This document shows positions 1 through 8,941 of a stretch of 64,000 nucleotides of DNA, in pieces. The stretch's first letter is position 1; each line of letters starts with the position of its first letter. Location: contig CAWEYL010000003.1 of the NCBI GenBank assembly GCA_963813335.1, forward strand, positions 384,001 through 448,000. The letters run 5' to 3'. This stretch comes from an uncultured Chloroflexia bacterium (lineage in GTDB: Bacteria; Chloroflexota; Limnocylindria; Limnocylindrales; CSP1-4). A program made the position numbers and the translations under genes. The notes under the pieces were generated by a model. The model was not told where the DNA came from. It ran no database searches and saw only the letters and a list, made by a program, of their open reading frames with translations.

Positions 1-62
1 TGCTAGCACCGGGTTCGCACGCTGCCGCCCGTACGGAGGTCCCGGTACCGGCGCCGCGGCGC

Positions 63-983
63 TCAGCCGCGGTCGAGCTCCACGAGGGCCTTGGCGACCG
101 CGCGGATCGATGGCAGCGTGATCGGGTCGAGGACCAGCTGCACGGTCCCGATGCCCTCGCGGGCGTAGGCGCGGAAGCCGTCGGCCAACGCCGCCGGGTC
201 GCCGGTCAGGGATGGGATCGCGGCCTGGCTCGCGTCCCCCGACAGGCGGCCGGTGCCGCCCGGCAGCCCCACGAGGACGGCCACCGTGCGCTCGATGTCC
301 GCGGGGTCGCGGCCCACGTCGCGGCAGGCGTCGTCGACGATGTCGCGCAGCGGGGCGACGCCCTCCGGTCGATTGCCGATGTCCGCGTACCAGGTGTTCC
401 ACGCGCTCGCGTACGGCAGCGCGATCCGGAGCATCCTCGGGCCGTTGGACCCGATCAGCAGCGGCGGCCCGCCGGGGCGGGAGCTCGGCGGCAGCAACTC
501 GCAGTCGCGTGCCTGGTAGTAGCGCCCGTCGAAGTCGATCGCGCCTTCGCCGAGGAGCGTGCGGATGATCGTGAACGCCTCCTCGAAGCGGTCGACCCGG
601 TGGTCGTACGGGAAGCCGAAGGCCTTGAACTCCGTCTCGTTCCAGCCGGCACCCAGGCCGAGGATGAACCGCCCGCCGCTGATCTCGTCGATCGTCGCGG
701 CCTGCTTGGCCAGCAGCGCCGGGTTGTGGAAGCTGGTGCAGGCCACGAACGGGCCGAACTCCACCCGACTGGTCGTCGCAGCGATAGCCGCCATCAGCGT
801 CCATGCCTCCCACGGCCCGCGCGGCGGCCGGTCCGCCCAGCGGTAGAGCAGGTGCTCACCGAGCCAGATCGAATCGAAGCCGAGGTCCTCGATCGCGCGG
901 ATCATGTCGAGGAGCTCCGGCCAGCGGACCTCGCGCTCGACCTCGGGCAGCTGGACGCCGACCTTGATCGGGCGGGCCGCCAT
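63..983 (-). CDS. LLM-class flavin/F420-dependent oxidoreductase
   Basis: Motifs GFDSIWLGEHL, NPALLAKQAATIDEISGGRFILGLGAGW; start MAARPIKVG overlaps the upstream stop. Confidence 0.9.
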   Translation of the reverse strand: MAARPIKVGVQLPEVEREVRWPELLDMIRAIEDLGFDSIWLGEHLLYRWADRPPRGPWEAWTLMAAIAATTSRVEFGPFVACTSFHNPALLAKQAATIDEISGGRFILGLGAGWNETEFKAFGFPYDHRVDRFEEAFTIIRTLLGEGAIDFDGRYYQARDCELLPPSSRPGGPPLLIGSNGPRMLRIALPYASAWNTWYADIGNRPEGVAPLRDIVDDACRDVGRDPADIERTVAVLVGLPGGTGRLSGDASQAAIPSLTGDPAALADGFRAYAREGIGTVQLVLDPITLPSIRAVAKALVELDRG

Positions 984-2041
984 CAGCCGCGGGTCGCGAC
1001 GGCCGCCGCGATCGCGCGCAGGTGGTCGGGCGTGCTGCCGCAGCAGCCGCCGACGATCGTCGCCCCGGCGTCGCGCATCTCGCAGACCTGGCCCGCCATC
1101 GTGTCGGGGTCGGCGCGATAGACCGCGCGCATGTCGACGAGCTCGGGCATGCCGGCGTTGGACTTGGCGACGAGGACGACGTCGGGCCGGGCCGCGTGCA
1201 TCTTCGCGATGACCGGGATCAGCTCGTCCGGACCGTTCCCGCAGTTGCCCCCGACCGCGTCGGCGCCCCACGCGTCGAGCGCCGCGACCGCCTGCTCAGG
1301 GGTGACGCCCATCATCGTGTGCCCGCGGGTGTCGAAGGTCATCGTGGCGATCAGCGCGATGCTCGGCGACGCGCGGCGGACCCCCTCGATGGCGGCCTTG
1401 ATCTCGTTGAGGTCCGACATGGTCTCGATCCAGATCAGGTCCACGCCGCCGGCGATCAGCGACGCGGCCTGCTCGTGGAAGATGTCGACGGCCTCCGCGT
1501 AGGGGAGCGTGCCCAGCGGCTCCACGATCTCGCCGGACGGGCCGATGTCGCCGGCCACCAGCGCCGTGCCGCCGGCGGCGTCCACCTCGGCGCGGAGCAG
1601 GATCGCCGCGGTCCGGTTGAGCTCGTCGACCGAGTCGGCATGCCCGCTCAGCTTCAGCCTTGCCCGGTTGCCGCCGAACGTGTTGGTGAGCAGGATCTGC
1701 GAGCCCGCCTCGATGTAGGCGCGCTGGATCCGGCGGATGACATCGGGGTGGGCGAGGTTCCAGACCTCGGGCGGGTCGCCGAACTGCAGGCCGTTGGCGA
1801 ACAGCATCGTGCCCATCGCGCCGTCGGCAACGATCGGGCCGCCCTGGGCGAGCAGCGCGCGGAACTTCGCGCTCGCCGCGCCGCCGTCGATCGAGCGGCG
1901 GGTCGCGAGGTCGGGGAAGGCCGCGCGGTCGACGTCCTCGACCTGCGCGGCAGGGCCGCCATCGTGGCTCGCGCCGTTCGAGGCGCGCACAGCCGCCTCG
2001 TCGAGCCGCCGGGTCCTGGTGCCGCGTCGAACGCCGTCCAT
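983..2041 (-). CDS. Stand-alone homocysteine S-methyltransferase family protein (MetH Hcy-binding domain / BHMT-like)
   Basis: ADGAMGTML, TNTFG, GGNCG and GGCCG Zn-binding motifs; start uncertain. Confidence 0.88.
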   Translation of the reverse strand: MDGVRRGTRTRRLDEAAVRASNGASHDGGPAAQVEDVDRAAFPDLATRRSIDGGAASAKFRALLAQGGPIVADGAMGTMLFANGLQFGDPPEVWNLAHPDVIRRIQRAYIEAGSQILLTNTFGGNRARLKLSGHADSVDELNRTAAILLRAEVDAAGGTALVAGDIGPSGEIVEPLGTLPYAEAVDIFHEQAASLIAGGVDLIWIETMSDLNEIKAAIEGVRRASPSIALIATMTFDTRGHTMMGVTPEQAVAALDAWGADAVGGNCGNGPDELIPVIAKMHAARPDVVLVAKSNAGMPELVDMRAVYRADPDTMAGQVCEMRDAGATIVGGCCGSTPDHLRAIAAAVATRG

Positions 2042-2068
2042 GCCCGGCATCATCCCACGCCCGGTGGG

Positions 2069-2098
2069 TTGACAGCGATGTGGCGTGTCCCGCACCCT
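2069..2098 (+). promoter_or_regulatory. Putative housekeeping-sigma promoter (TTGACA-N18-CACCCT) for the uORF-lysE transcript
   Basis: Perfect -35 TTGACA at 2069-2074; weak -10 at 2093-2098, 9 nt before ATG 2108. Confidence 0.5.
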
Positions 2099-2107
2099 GC
2101 GCCCGAC

Positions 2108-2179
2108 ATGCATCACGCCATCGCGTCGACCTTCGCGACCACGTCGCAGCAGCAGCCCTGGAGGGCCTGCTCGACCTGA
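2108..2179 (+). CDS. Putative 23-aa leader peptide MHHAIASTFATTSQQQPWRACST
   Basis: Short ORF between the promoter and a terminator hairpin, upstream of the LysE gene. Confidence 0.55.
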   Translation: MHHAIASTFATTSQQQPWRACST

Positions 2180-2220
2180 TACGCCGCGCCCGGACCGGGC
2201 GCCACGACCACGGTGAGACG

Positions 2221-2258
2221 ACCGCCCTCAGCTGAGATGCTGGGGGCGGTTTCCTTTT
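2221..2258 (+). terminator. Intrinsic terminator / attenuator hairpin in the lysE leader
   Basis: 12-bp stem accgccctcagc / gctgggggcggt (one G-U pair), 6-nt loop, then ttcctttt, directly before the GGAGG RBS. Confidence 0.7.
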
Positions 2259-2269
2259 GGAGGCAGAAC

Positions 2270-2896
2270 ATGGATCCCGCGCTCCTCGTCAGGGGCTTCA
2301 TCCTCGGGTTCACGATCGCGGCCGCGGTCGGACCGATCTCGGTGCTCGTCATCCGCCGCACGCTGGCGGAGGGACAGGCGGTCGGGCTCGCGTCCGGCCT
2401 GGGCGTGGCGACCGCGGACGCCACGTACGGCGCGATCGCGGCGTTCGGCCTGTCGGCCATCACCGACGTGCTCGTCGGCGGCGGTCGATGGTTGGGGCTG
2501 ATCGGCGGGCTGTTCCTGCTCTGGCTCGCCTGGAAGACCGTGCGTGCCGAGCCGGGTGCGGCCGCGACCGTGACCGAGCGCCGCGGCGGGCTGCCCGGCG
2601 CCTACCTCTCGATCCTGGGCCTGACGATGACCAACCCGATGACCATCCTCTCGTTCGGGGCGCTGTTCGCCGGGCTCGGGGTGACCGGCGAGAACGCACT
2701 GGAGTCGGCGCTGATCACGCTTGGCGTCTTCTCCGGCTCGGGCGCCTGGTGGGTGATCCTGACGACGGTCGTCGGCCGGCTGCGCGCGCGGGTCACGCCG
2801 CGCGGGCTGCGCATCGTCAACGTCGTGTCCGGCGTGGTGATCGGGACCTTCGCGATCGCGGCCATCGTGCTGGCCGTGCGCGGCCCGGCGGCCTAG
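2270..2896 (+). CDS. LysE/RhtB-family amino-acid exporter
   Basis: GFTIAAAVGPI, GLGVATAD, LTMTNPMTI motifs; multiple hydrophobic segments; RBS ggagg. Confidence 0.9.
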   Translation: MDPALLVRGFILGFTIAAAVGPISVLVIRRTLAEGQAVGLASGLGVATADATYGAIAAFGLSAITDVLVGGGRWLGLIGGLFLLWLAWKTVRAEPGAAATVTERRGGLPGAYLSILGLTMTNPMTILSFGALFAGLGVTGENALESALITLGVFSGSGAWWVILTTVVGRLRARVTPRGLRIVNVVSGVVIGTFAIAAIVLAVRGPAA

Positions 2897-3297
2897 GCGT
2901 CGGCCGGCTTCTCCTGGATCGTCCAGCTGTTGCCGTCCGGGTCGTCGAAGAACAGGAACGAGTTCCACGGCTCGCCCGGGCCGTCGACCCACGTGCCGGC
3001 GTCGTTGTGGCGGACCGGAGTGACGTCGAGGCCGCGGGCGACGAGCTCCTCACGGCAGGCGGCGATGTCCGCGACCACCAGCTGCATGCCCTTGACCGAG
3101 CCCGGCACGGCATCGGTGAGCCCTGTGCCGATCGTCACGGAGCAGGCGGAGCCCGGCGGGGTCATCTGGACGACGCGGAACGAATCGCCGAACGACCGGT
3201 CGACGTCGACGACGAACCCGACCTGCTCGGCGTAGAACGCCTTCGATCGGTCGACGTCCGAGACGGGGATGACGACGACCTCGAGCTTCATGTCCAT
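2893..3297 (-). CDS. VOC/glyoxalase family protein
   Basis: LEVVVIPVSDVDRSKAFY...FFDDPDGNSW. Confidence 0.9.
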   Translation of the reverse strand: MDMKLEVVVIPVSDVDRSKAFYAEQVGFVVDVDRSFGDSFRVVQMTPPGSACSVTIGTGLTDAVPGSVKGMQLVVADIAACREELVARGLDVTPVRHNDAGTWVDGPGEPWNSFLFFDDPDGNSWTIQEKPADA

Positions 3298-3425
3298 CGG
3301 GCGGTCTCCTTCGACGTTGTGGCGGCGCGGCGGGCAGGGCGCCGATCTGCGGCACGACCCGCCCGATGGTACGGCCGCAGGACGATGGGTCGGCCGGCGA
3401 CCCGAGGGGGCCACCGGCCGAAGCG

Positions 3426-4316
3426 CTATTCGAACTCGATGGTCGATACGACAGCCTCGACGTCCGCCACATCGGCAGCGGGGGTGTCAGCGAAGTGGAT
3501 CGCGTCGATGACGATCGGGGTGCCGTTGACATCGACGACCCACAGGCGATCCGTCGCGCCACCGTTGGTGCCCGGTCCGGCGTCGGTGCCGGTCGGCGTC
3601 GGGAACCGCCAGAAGTTGAGCAGGCCGCCGGCGGGACACTCCGGGGAGTCAGCGTTGATCGCGTTCGTCAGCACGAACGTCTTCGCGGCACGGCCACCGA
3701 TGCTCGTGTCGGTCACCGGCCCGGGATCGAAACCGGTCATGGTCGTGAGCGAGGTGACGAGCGACGCGACCGAGGGCGGCGCGGGCGACCCCCCGGGGGC
3801 GGGATCCACGTGGCATGGATCGGGAATGACGGTCTGCGCCTGCTCGACGACCAGCCACGGCATGCTCGCCCCCGGCTTGGTGAGCTGCACCGACGCGAGC
3901 TGGATCCGGGTGGCGCGCCAGCCGAGACCCAGCGACAGGGAGAACGGGTGCGCGAAGGGATCGCCGGCACGATAGGTGCCTGGTACCAGACGGTTGTCGA
4001 TCTGCTCAACGTACAGGGCGGGCAGTGTCGCGGTCGGGGCCGTCGGGCTCGCGGTGGGACCAGGCACGCCGACGCTGGCGTTCCGGGGCAGGAGGGCATA
4101 GCCGGCGACGGCCACGACGGCGATCGCTGCGGCGGCGACACCCAGTCGAGCTGGGGTAGACATGGTCGAGAACCTCCACGCCGGCCACGTGTGGCGGCGC
4201 TGTGGGGTCGATGGCACCTCGTCGAGGACGGCGTCCAGGACGCGCTCAGGCATCCGGTCGACCCCTTCGGAGAGCCAGGACCGAACGATGGTGGTGACCT
4301 CGGGATCCGTTCTCAT
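3426..4316 (-). CDS. Single-pass membrane protein, putative anti-sigma factor
   Basis: Overlaps the ECF sigma stop; short helical N-terminal domain, one TM segment, Pro/Thr linker, extracytoplasmic domain with two Cys. Confidence 0.7.
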   Translation of the reverse strand: MRTDPEVTTIVRSWLSEGVDRMPERVLDAVLDEVPSTPQRRHTWPAWRFSTMSTPARLGVAAAAIAVVAVAGYALLPRNASVGVPGPTASPTAPTATLPALYVEQIDNRLVPGTYRAGDPFAHPFSLSLGLGWRATRIQLASVQLTKPGASMPWLVVEQAQTVIPDPCHVDPAPGGSPAPPSVASLVTSLTTMTGFDPGPVTDTSIGGRAAKTFVLTNAINADSPECPAGGLLNFWRFPTPTGTDAGPGTNGGATDRLWVVDVNGTPIVIDAIHFADTPAADVADVEAVVSTIEFE

Positions 4317-4861
4317 CGAGTCGCCTCCCGGGCGGTCGGTCGCGCGTCGGCCTCGAGGGCCGCGCGCAGGCCACGCATCGCATGATGTAGGCGGGATCTG
4401 ACCGTCCCGACGGGGACGCCGAGGGTCTCGGCGACCTCGTCGAGCGGCAGGTCGAGGTAGTGGTGCAGCACGACCACCACGCGGTGGTCGATGGAAAGTC
4501 GGCGGAAGCCGCGCTCGAGCTGGTCGCGATCGACGACCGAGCCCAGGCCCTCGCCCGCCGCCGGCTCATCGGCCGGGAGCAGGCGGAGGTTCGGCGCCCA
4601 ATGGCGGGTTCGACGGCCCTCGCTGTAGCAGGCGCGGACGAGGAGCCGGTACGACCAGGCGTCGAAGCGCGCCGGGTCGCGGAGCTGCGGGAGGTCCCGC
4701 CAGATCGCGAGCAGCGCCTGCTGCGTCGCATCCTCGGCGAGGTCGGTGTCGCGCAGGATCCTGTGCGCCACCGCGTGGAGACGGTCGCCCACGGCCACAG
4801 CGAGGCTCGCGAAGGCCTCCTCGTCGCCGCGCTGTGCCAGAAGCACGAGCTGGGTGTCCAT
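4313..4861 (-). CDS. ECF RNA polymerase sigma factor
   Basis: AQRGDEEAF, AEDATQQ (region 2); EVAETLGVPVGTVRSRLH (region 4 HTH). Confidence 0.92.
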   Translation of the reverse strand: MDTQLVLLAQRGDEEAFASLAVAVGDRLHAVAHRILRDTDLAEDATQQALLAIWRDLPQLRDPARFDAWSYRLLVRACYSEGRRTRHWAPNLRLLPADEPAAGEGLGSVVDRDQLERGFRRLSIDHRVVVVLHHYLDLPLDEVAETLGVPVGTVRSRLHHAMRGLRAALEADARPTAREATR

Positions 4862-4976
4862 ACGCTCCACACCTGCGGCGTCGATCATCGTCGACGTCTG
4901 AACGGTATGGGCAACGCACCGGCGACGGGGATGCAATCTTCGTCGGATCGTGCCCGGCCGACGCTACAGTGCGCCG

Positions 4977-5636
4977 ATGGCCGCCTCGTCGCGCGCGTTC
5001 GTCCTGCGCCACACCCACCTCCGCCCGGTCGCCGGGCTCGAGGACGTGCGGCTCCACCTGGCCGACGAGATCCTGCCGCTGTGGCACGCCGCCCAGGTCG
5101 AGACCGGCGACCCGGACGCCGCCCTGCCCTACTGGGCGTTCGCGTGGGGCGGTGGACTGGCCATCGGGCGCTACCTGCGGGACCGTCCCGAGGCCGTCGC
5201 CGGGCGGCGGGTCTTCGACCTCGGCTCAGGCTCCGGGCTCGGCGCGATCGCGGCGATGCGTGCTGGGGCGAGCATGGCCGTGGCCAGCGACATCGACCGG
5301 TTCGCGGTCGCGGCGATCCCCCTCAACGCGCGCGCCAACGACGTCCGCGTCGACAGCATCCGGCGCGACGTCCTCGATGAGGACCCGCCCGACGCGGACG
5401 TCATCCTCGCCGCGGACACCTGGTACGAGGCCGGGCTGGCGCGACGGGTGCTGCCGTGGCTCCAGCGGGCGCAGGCGCAGGGCATCGACGTCCTGGTCGG
5501 CGACCCCGGCCGCCGCGACCTGCCGACCGACGAGCTGGTCGAGCTCGCCGCCTACGACGTCCGCACGACCACCGAGCTCGAAGACCTCAAGCTGACCCAG
5601 GCTCGCGCCTACCGGTTGCGCGGCCCGTCCCGCTGA
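4977..5636 (+). CDS. Class I SAM-dependent protein methyltransferase (ETFB-KMT/PrmA-like)
   Basis: PYWAFAWGGG, VFDLGSGSG, LVGDPGR motifs. Confidence 0.85.
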   Translation: MAASSRAFVLRHTHLRPVAGLEDVRLHLADEILPLWHAAQVETGDPDAALPYWAFAWGGGLAIGRYLRDRPEAVAGRRVFDLGSGSGLGAIAAMRAGASMAVASDIDRFAVAAIPLNARANDVRVDSIRRDVLDEDPPDADVILAADTWYEAGLARRVLPWLQRAQAQGIDVLVGDPGRRDLPTDELVELAAYDVRTTTELEDLKLTQARAYRLRGPSR

Positions 5637-5655
5637 GGGCAAGTGGCCCGGCCGG

Positions 5656-6474
5656 TCATCCGGCTCCGGTCGAGAGGGACGCCCGCAGCGCCGCGATCTC
5701 GGCCCGCAGGCCAGCGAGCTCATGGGCGATCGCGTCGGTCGACATCGCCGCGCCTGCGGCCGTCGTCGCGGACACGGGTTCGGGCTCGGGCTCCGGCGTC
5801 CCGGGGGCCACCAGCAGGCTGGCGAGGATGCTGGCGAGCGCGCCGATGATGCCGATGCCCGCGAACATCACGAACACGGCCGTGACCCGCCCGAGGAGCG
5901 TCACCGGGTAGTGGTCGCCATAGCCGACCGTGGTGATGGTGACGATCCCCCACCACAAGGCGTCGCCGCCAGAGTGGATGTTGGCGGCGTCGCCCGCGCG
6001 GCTCTCCTGCTGGAGGACCAGGATGCTCGCGATGCTGAGCACCATCCCGGCGAGCAGGATCGTGATGAACGTCGCGTACGAGCTGCGGTTGTCGAGGACG
6101 TCCTTGACCAGCGCTGCGCGGTTCTGGCCACCGAGCAGTCGGGTGATGCGGGCCAGTCGGCTGAGGCGGGCCAGGCGGAAGAGCGCGGTGAACGGCAGGA
6201 CGCCGAAACTCGGGATCGACCCCAGCAGGTCGAGCCAGCCCCGCCGCGAGATGAAGTACGCGCGCCTCGGCCGTGAGCCGGCGAGGTTCATCGCGAAGTC
6301 GACCAGGAAGATCGCACAGATCGCATTGTCATAGACCGTGACGAGATCGCGGGTCTCCTTGTCCAGCGGCAGGATCAGCAGGACCATGAGCGCGAGCGAG
6401 AAGATCGTCAGGACCAGGATGAAGATGTTGTAGGCGTTGCCGTGCTCGCGGAATGCCGGCTGCTCGGCCGTCAT
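5656..6474 (-). CDS. Voltage-gated-type potassium channel (ion transporter)
   Basis: TTVGYGD selectivity filter; Arg-rich S4-like RLARLSRLARITR. Confidence 0.92.
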   Translation of the reverse strand: MTAEQPAFREHGNAYNIFILVLTIFSLALMVLLILPLDKETRDLVTVYDNAICAIFLVDFAMNLAGSRPRRAYFISRRGWLDLLGSIPSFGVLPFTALFRLARLSRLARITRLLGGQNRAALVKDVLDNRSSYATFITILLAGMVLSIASILVLQQESRAGDAANIHSGGDALWWGIVTITTVGYGDHYPVTLLGRVTAVFVMFAGIGIIGALASILASLLVAPGTPEPEPEPVSATTAAGAAMSTDAIAHELAGLRAEIAALRASLSTGAG

Positions 6475-6590
6475 GGGCGCTACCTCCTCACATGTGGGAC
6501 CCCGGGGCGGGGCGCGCCCATCGTAGGGTCCCGGGGTGACCCCGGTGAGGGACGGGTAGCGGCGGGCGAGGCTGGTGGTGGTCGGGAGGC

Positions 6591-6667
6591 TGGTCGGGGA
6601 GGCGGGATTCGAACCCACGATCTCGTGCTCCCAAAGCACGCGCGTTGCCAGGCTACGCTACTCCCCG
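6591..6667 (-). tRNA. tRNA-Pro (TGG)
   Basis: Reverse complement CGGGGAGTAGCGTAGCCTGG...CGTGC-TT-TGG-GA-GCACG...GGTTCGAATCC...CCCCGACCA; cloverleaf with encoded CCA. Confidence 0.97.
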
Positions 6668-6749
6668 GTGGCCCGGCCGATGATACGACCTCATCGCCGG
6701 CGGCCCGTCCCGCGGCGCGCGAACGAGTGTCGGCGCTCGTCGACGACCG

Positions 6750-7643
6750 TCAGGCCGGCGTCGCCAGCGCTCCCGCGAGCCAGGCCAGCTCGCGTTCCGC
6801 GTCGGCGTCCTCGCCGAAGTGCCCGAAGTCGCTGGCAAAGACCTCCACCCCCGGGATGTGGGCCGCCAGCCAGTCGCCGTGGGCGGCGGGCACGAGCGTG
6901 TCGGCGCGGCCGTACCAGAGCGAGGTCCGGACCGCGATCGAGGCGACGTCGAAGCCCCACGGGACGACGAATGCGAGGTCGTCGTCGACCCAGCCGTCGA
7001 CGCCGTCGCGCAGCGTGTCGGTCATGACCTCGTCGAACACGACCCGGTCCTTGCGCTGCTGCTCGCGGTCCGATTCGGACAGCTGGTAGGCCTCGGGCAG
7101 GGCGTCGACCACGCCGCCGGCGATGCTCTCGAGGATGATCCGCCGGTCGTCCAGCAGCTGCTCGCGCAGGGCGGCCTCGCCGACCAGTGAGAGCTCGCCC
7201 TCTCGAACGTTCCCGGCCGTCTGGCCCGCGAACCAGTCGAGGCCGTCGGCACCGAACGGTGCGACCGCGACGACCGCGGCGCAGCGGATCACGCGCTCCG
7301 GCAGGAGCGCGGCGCACGCCAGCGAGTGTGGGCCGCCGCCAGAACGGCCCGTGACGGCGAACCGCTCCATGCCGAGCGCATCGGCGATCGTGCGGACATC
7401 CTCGGCGATGTCGGCGACGCGGCGGCCCGGCCGGCGGGTCGACGCGCCGTACCCGGCCCGGTCGAACGTGACGCGCCGGACGCCCATGCGCTCGTAGATC
7501 GAGGCGTCGCGCCAGCGGCCGAGCCGGCTGCCCGGCGTGCCGTGGATGGCCACGATCGGGAACCCGTCCGGATCGCCCCACTCGGCGACCGCGAGGGTCC
7601 GGCCGTCCGCGGCCGGGATCCGATGCTCGATCCGGTCGCTCAT
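6750..7643 (-). CDS. Alpha/beta fold hydrolase
   Basis: HGTPGSR, DRAGYGAS, GRSGGG nucleophile elbow, C-terminal GH. Confidence 0.9.
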   Translation of the reverse strand: MSDRIEHRIPAADGRTLAVAEWGDPDGFPIVAIHGTPGSRLGRWRDASIYERMGVRRVTFDRAGYGASTRRPGRRVADIAEDVRTIADALGMERFAVTGRSGGGPHSLACAALLPERVIRCAAVVAVAPFGADGLDWFAGQTAGNVREGELSLVGEAALREQLLDDRRIILESIAGGVVDALPEAYQLSESDREQQRKDRVVFDEVMTDTLRDGVDGWVDDDLAFVVPWGFDVASIAVRTSLWYGRADTLVPAAHGDWLAAHIPGVEVFASDFGHFGEDADAERELAWLAGALATPA

Positions 7644-7648
7644 CGCGC

Positions 7649-8281
7649 TCACAGGGCCCACGCGGCACCGCCGCTGCGCTCGCGGACCACGTTCCCGAGC
7701 CACATGATGGCCGTGCCGATCGCCAGGAAGCCGACGGTGATGCCGACGCCATAGACCACCACGCTCGCATAGCCGCCGTTCGCCGGGTCGAGGAACGGAT
7801 ACGGATACCAGCCGTCGATGGCGCCGCGGACCAGCGTGAAGGTCAGCCACACGAGCGGGAAGACCAGCCAAACGAGGGTCTGGCGTGGCCGGAGCCGCGT
7901 CGACGGCGGGGCGATCAGCCAGTCGGCGACCAGGTAGACGGGGACCGCCTTGTGGACCACGAAGTCGACCCAGGCCACCGCCACCTGGAGGTCCTCGCCG
8001 GACAGGAACAGGATCACGACGAAGAAGGTGACGACCAGGTAGACCACGGCTGCGCCGCGGAGCAGGTCGACCCGACGGGAGCGGACATCGCGCCAGACGG
8101 TCGCCATGGCCAACAGCAGGAACGCCGCGAACAGGTTGCTCAGCACCGTGAAGAACGCGAAGAACCGGGACGGGTCGAACGTCCCGGCCTGCGCCGAGGT
8201 GACGATCTGGTAGCCGAGCGCGAACAGCCCGAGCGCGCCGAACGTGGCGCGCACCACGGGGAGTGCCCCTCGACGATCCAT
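7649..8281 (-). CDS. Pr6Pr/FAR-17a-like integral membrane protein
   Basis: FFTVLSN, HKAVP, WYPYPFLDP motifs. Confidence 0.85.
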   Translation of the reverse strand: MDRRGALPVVRATFGALGLFALGYQIVTSAQAGTFDPSRFFAFFTVLSNLFAAFLLLAMATVWRDVRSRRVDLLRGAAVVYLVVTFFVVILFLSGEDLQVAVAWVDFVVHKAVPVYLVADWLIAPPSTRLRPRQTLVWLVFPLVWLTFTLVRGAIDGWYPYPFLDPANGGYASVVVYGVGITVGFLAIGTAIMWLGNVVRERSGGAAWAL

Positions 8282-8303
8282 CGCGACCGATCGTAGCGGG
8301 TCG

Positions 8304-8729
8304 TCAGCCCTCGGGCGGGGTCTCCGGGTCGAGCGTGAGCGCGGCGGAGTTGATGCAGTAGCGCAGTCCGGTCGGGTTCGGCCCGTCCTCGAAGACGTGG
8401 CCGAGGTGGCCGCCACAGGCCGCGCACATCGCCTCGGTCCGGGTCATGAAGAACGAACGGTCGGTTTCGGTCGCCACAGCGGCCGGGTCGGCCGGGGCGA
8501 AGAAGCTCGGCCAGCCGGTCCCCGACTCGAACTTCGTCCCGGAGGAGAACAGCGGGGCGCCGCAGCCGGCGCACCGGTAGGTCCCGGCTCGGTGCTCGTC
8601 CCACAGCTCGCCGGTGAAGGCTCGCTCGGTGCCCTTCTGGCGGAGCACCCGGTACTGCTCGGGGGTGAGGTCGGCACGCCATTCGGCGTCGGTCCTGGTC
8701 TGGGCGGACGGGCCCTTGGTCTCATGCAT
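8304..8729 (-). CDS. msrB: Peptide-methionine (R)-S-oxide reductase
   Basis: [28 protein letters not shown]. Confidence 0.95.
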   Translation of the reverse strand: MHETKGPSAQTRTDAEWRADLTPEQYRVLRQKGTERAFTGELWDEHRAGTYRCAGCGAPLFSSGTKFESGTGWPSFFAPADPAAVATETDRSFFMTRTEAMCAACGGHLGHVFEDGPNPTGLRYCINSAALTLDPETPPEG

Positions 8730-8941
8730 GGGCCGATGATGCGCCACGACTGTCTCGCCACGATGACGAGCCGTGGCGTCACGCCGGCAGCGGACCGGTC
8801 GTCCATGAGCCAGACGCCGGGTGGTCAAGGCAGGCTAAATCGACCGCCCGGCGTCACCACGTCACGGTCTGGCAGTCGCAGCTACAATCGGGTGCGACCA
8901 CCGGCGCCTGGCGCCCCTCGAACGGAGGAACCTCAGCCCGC

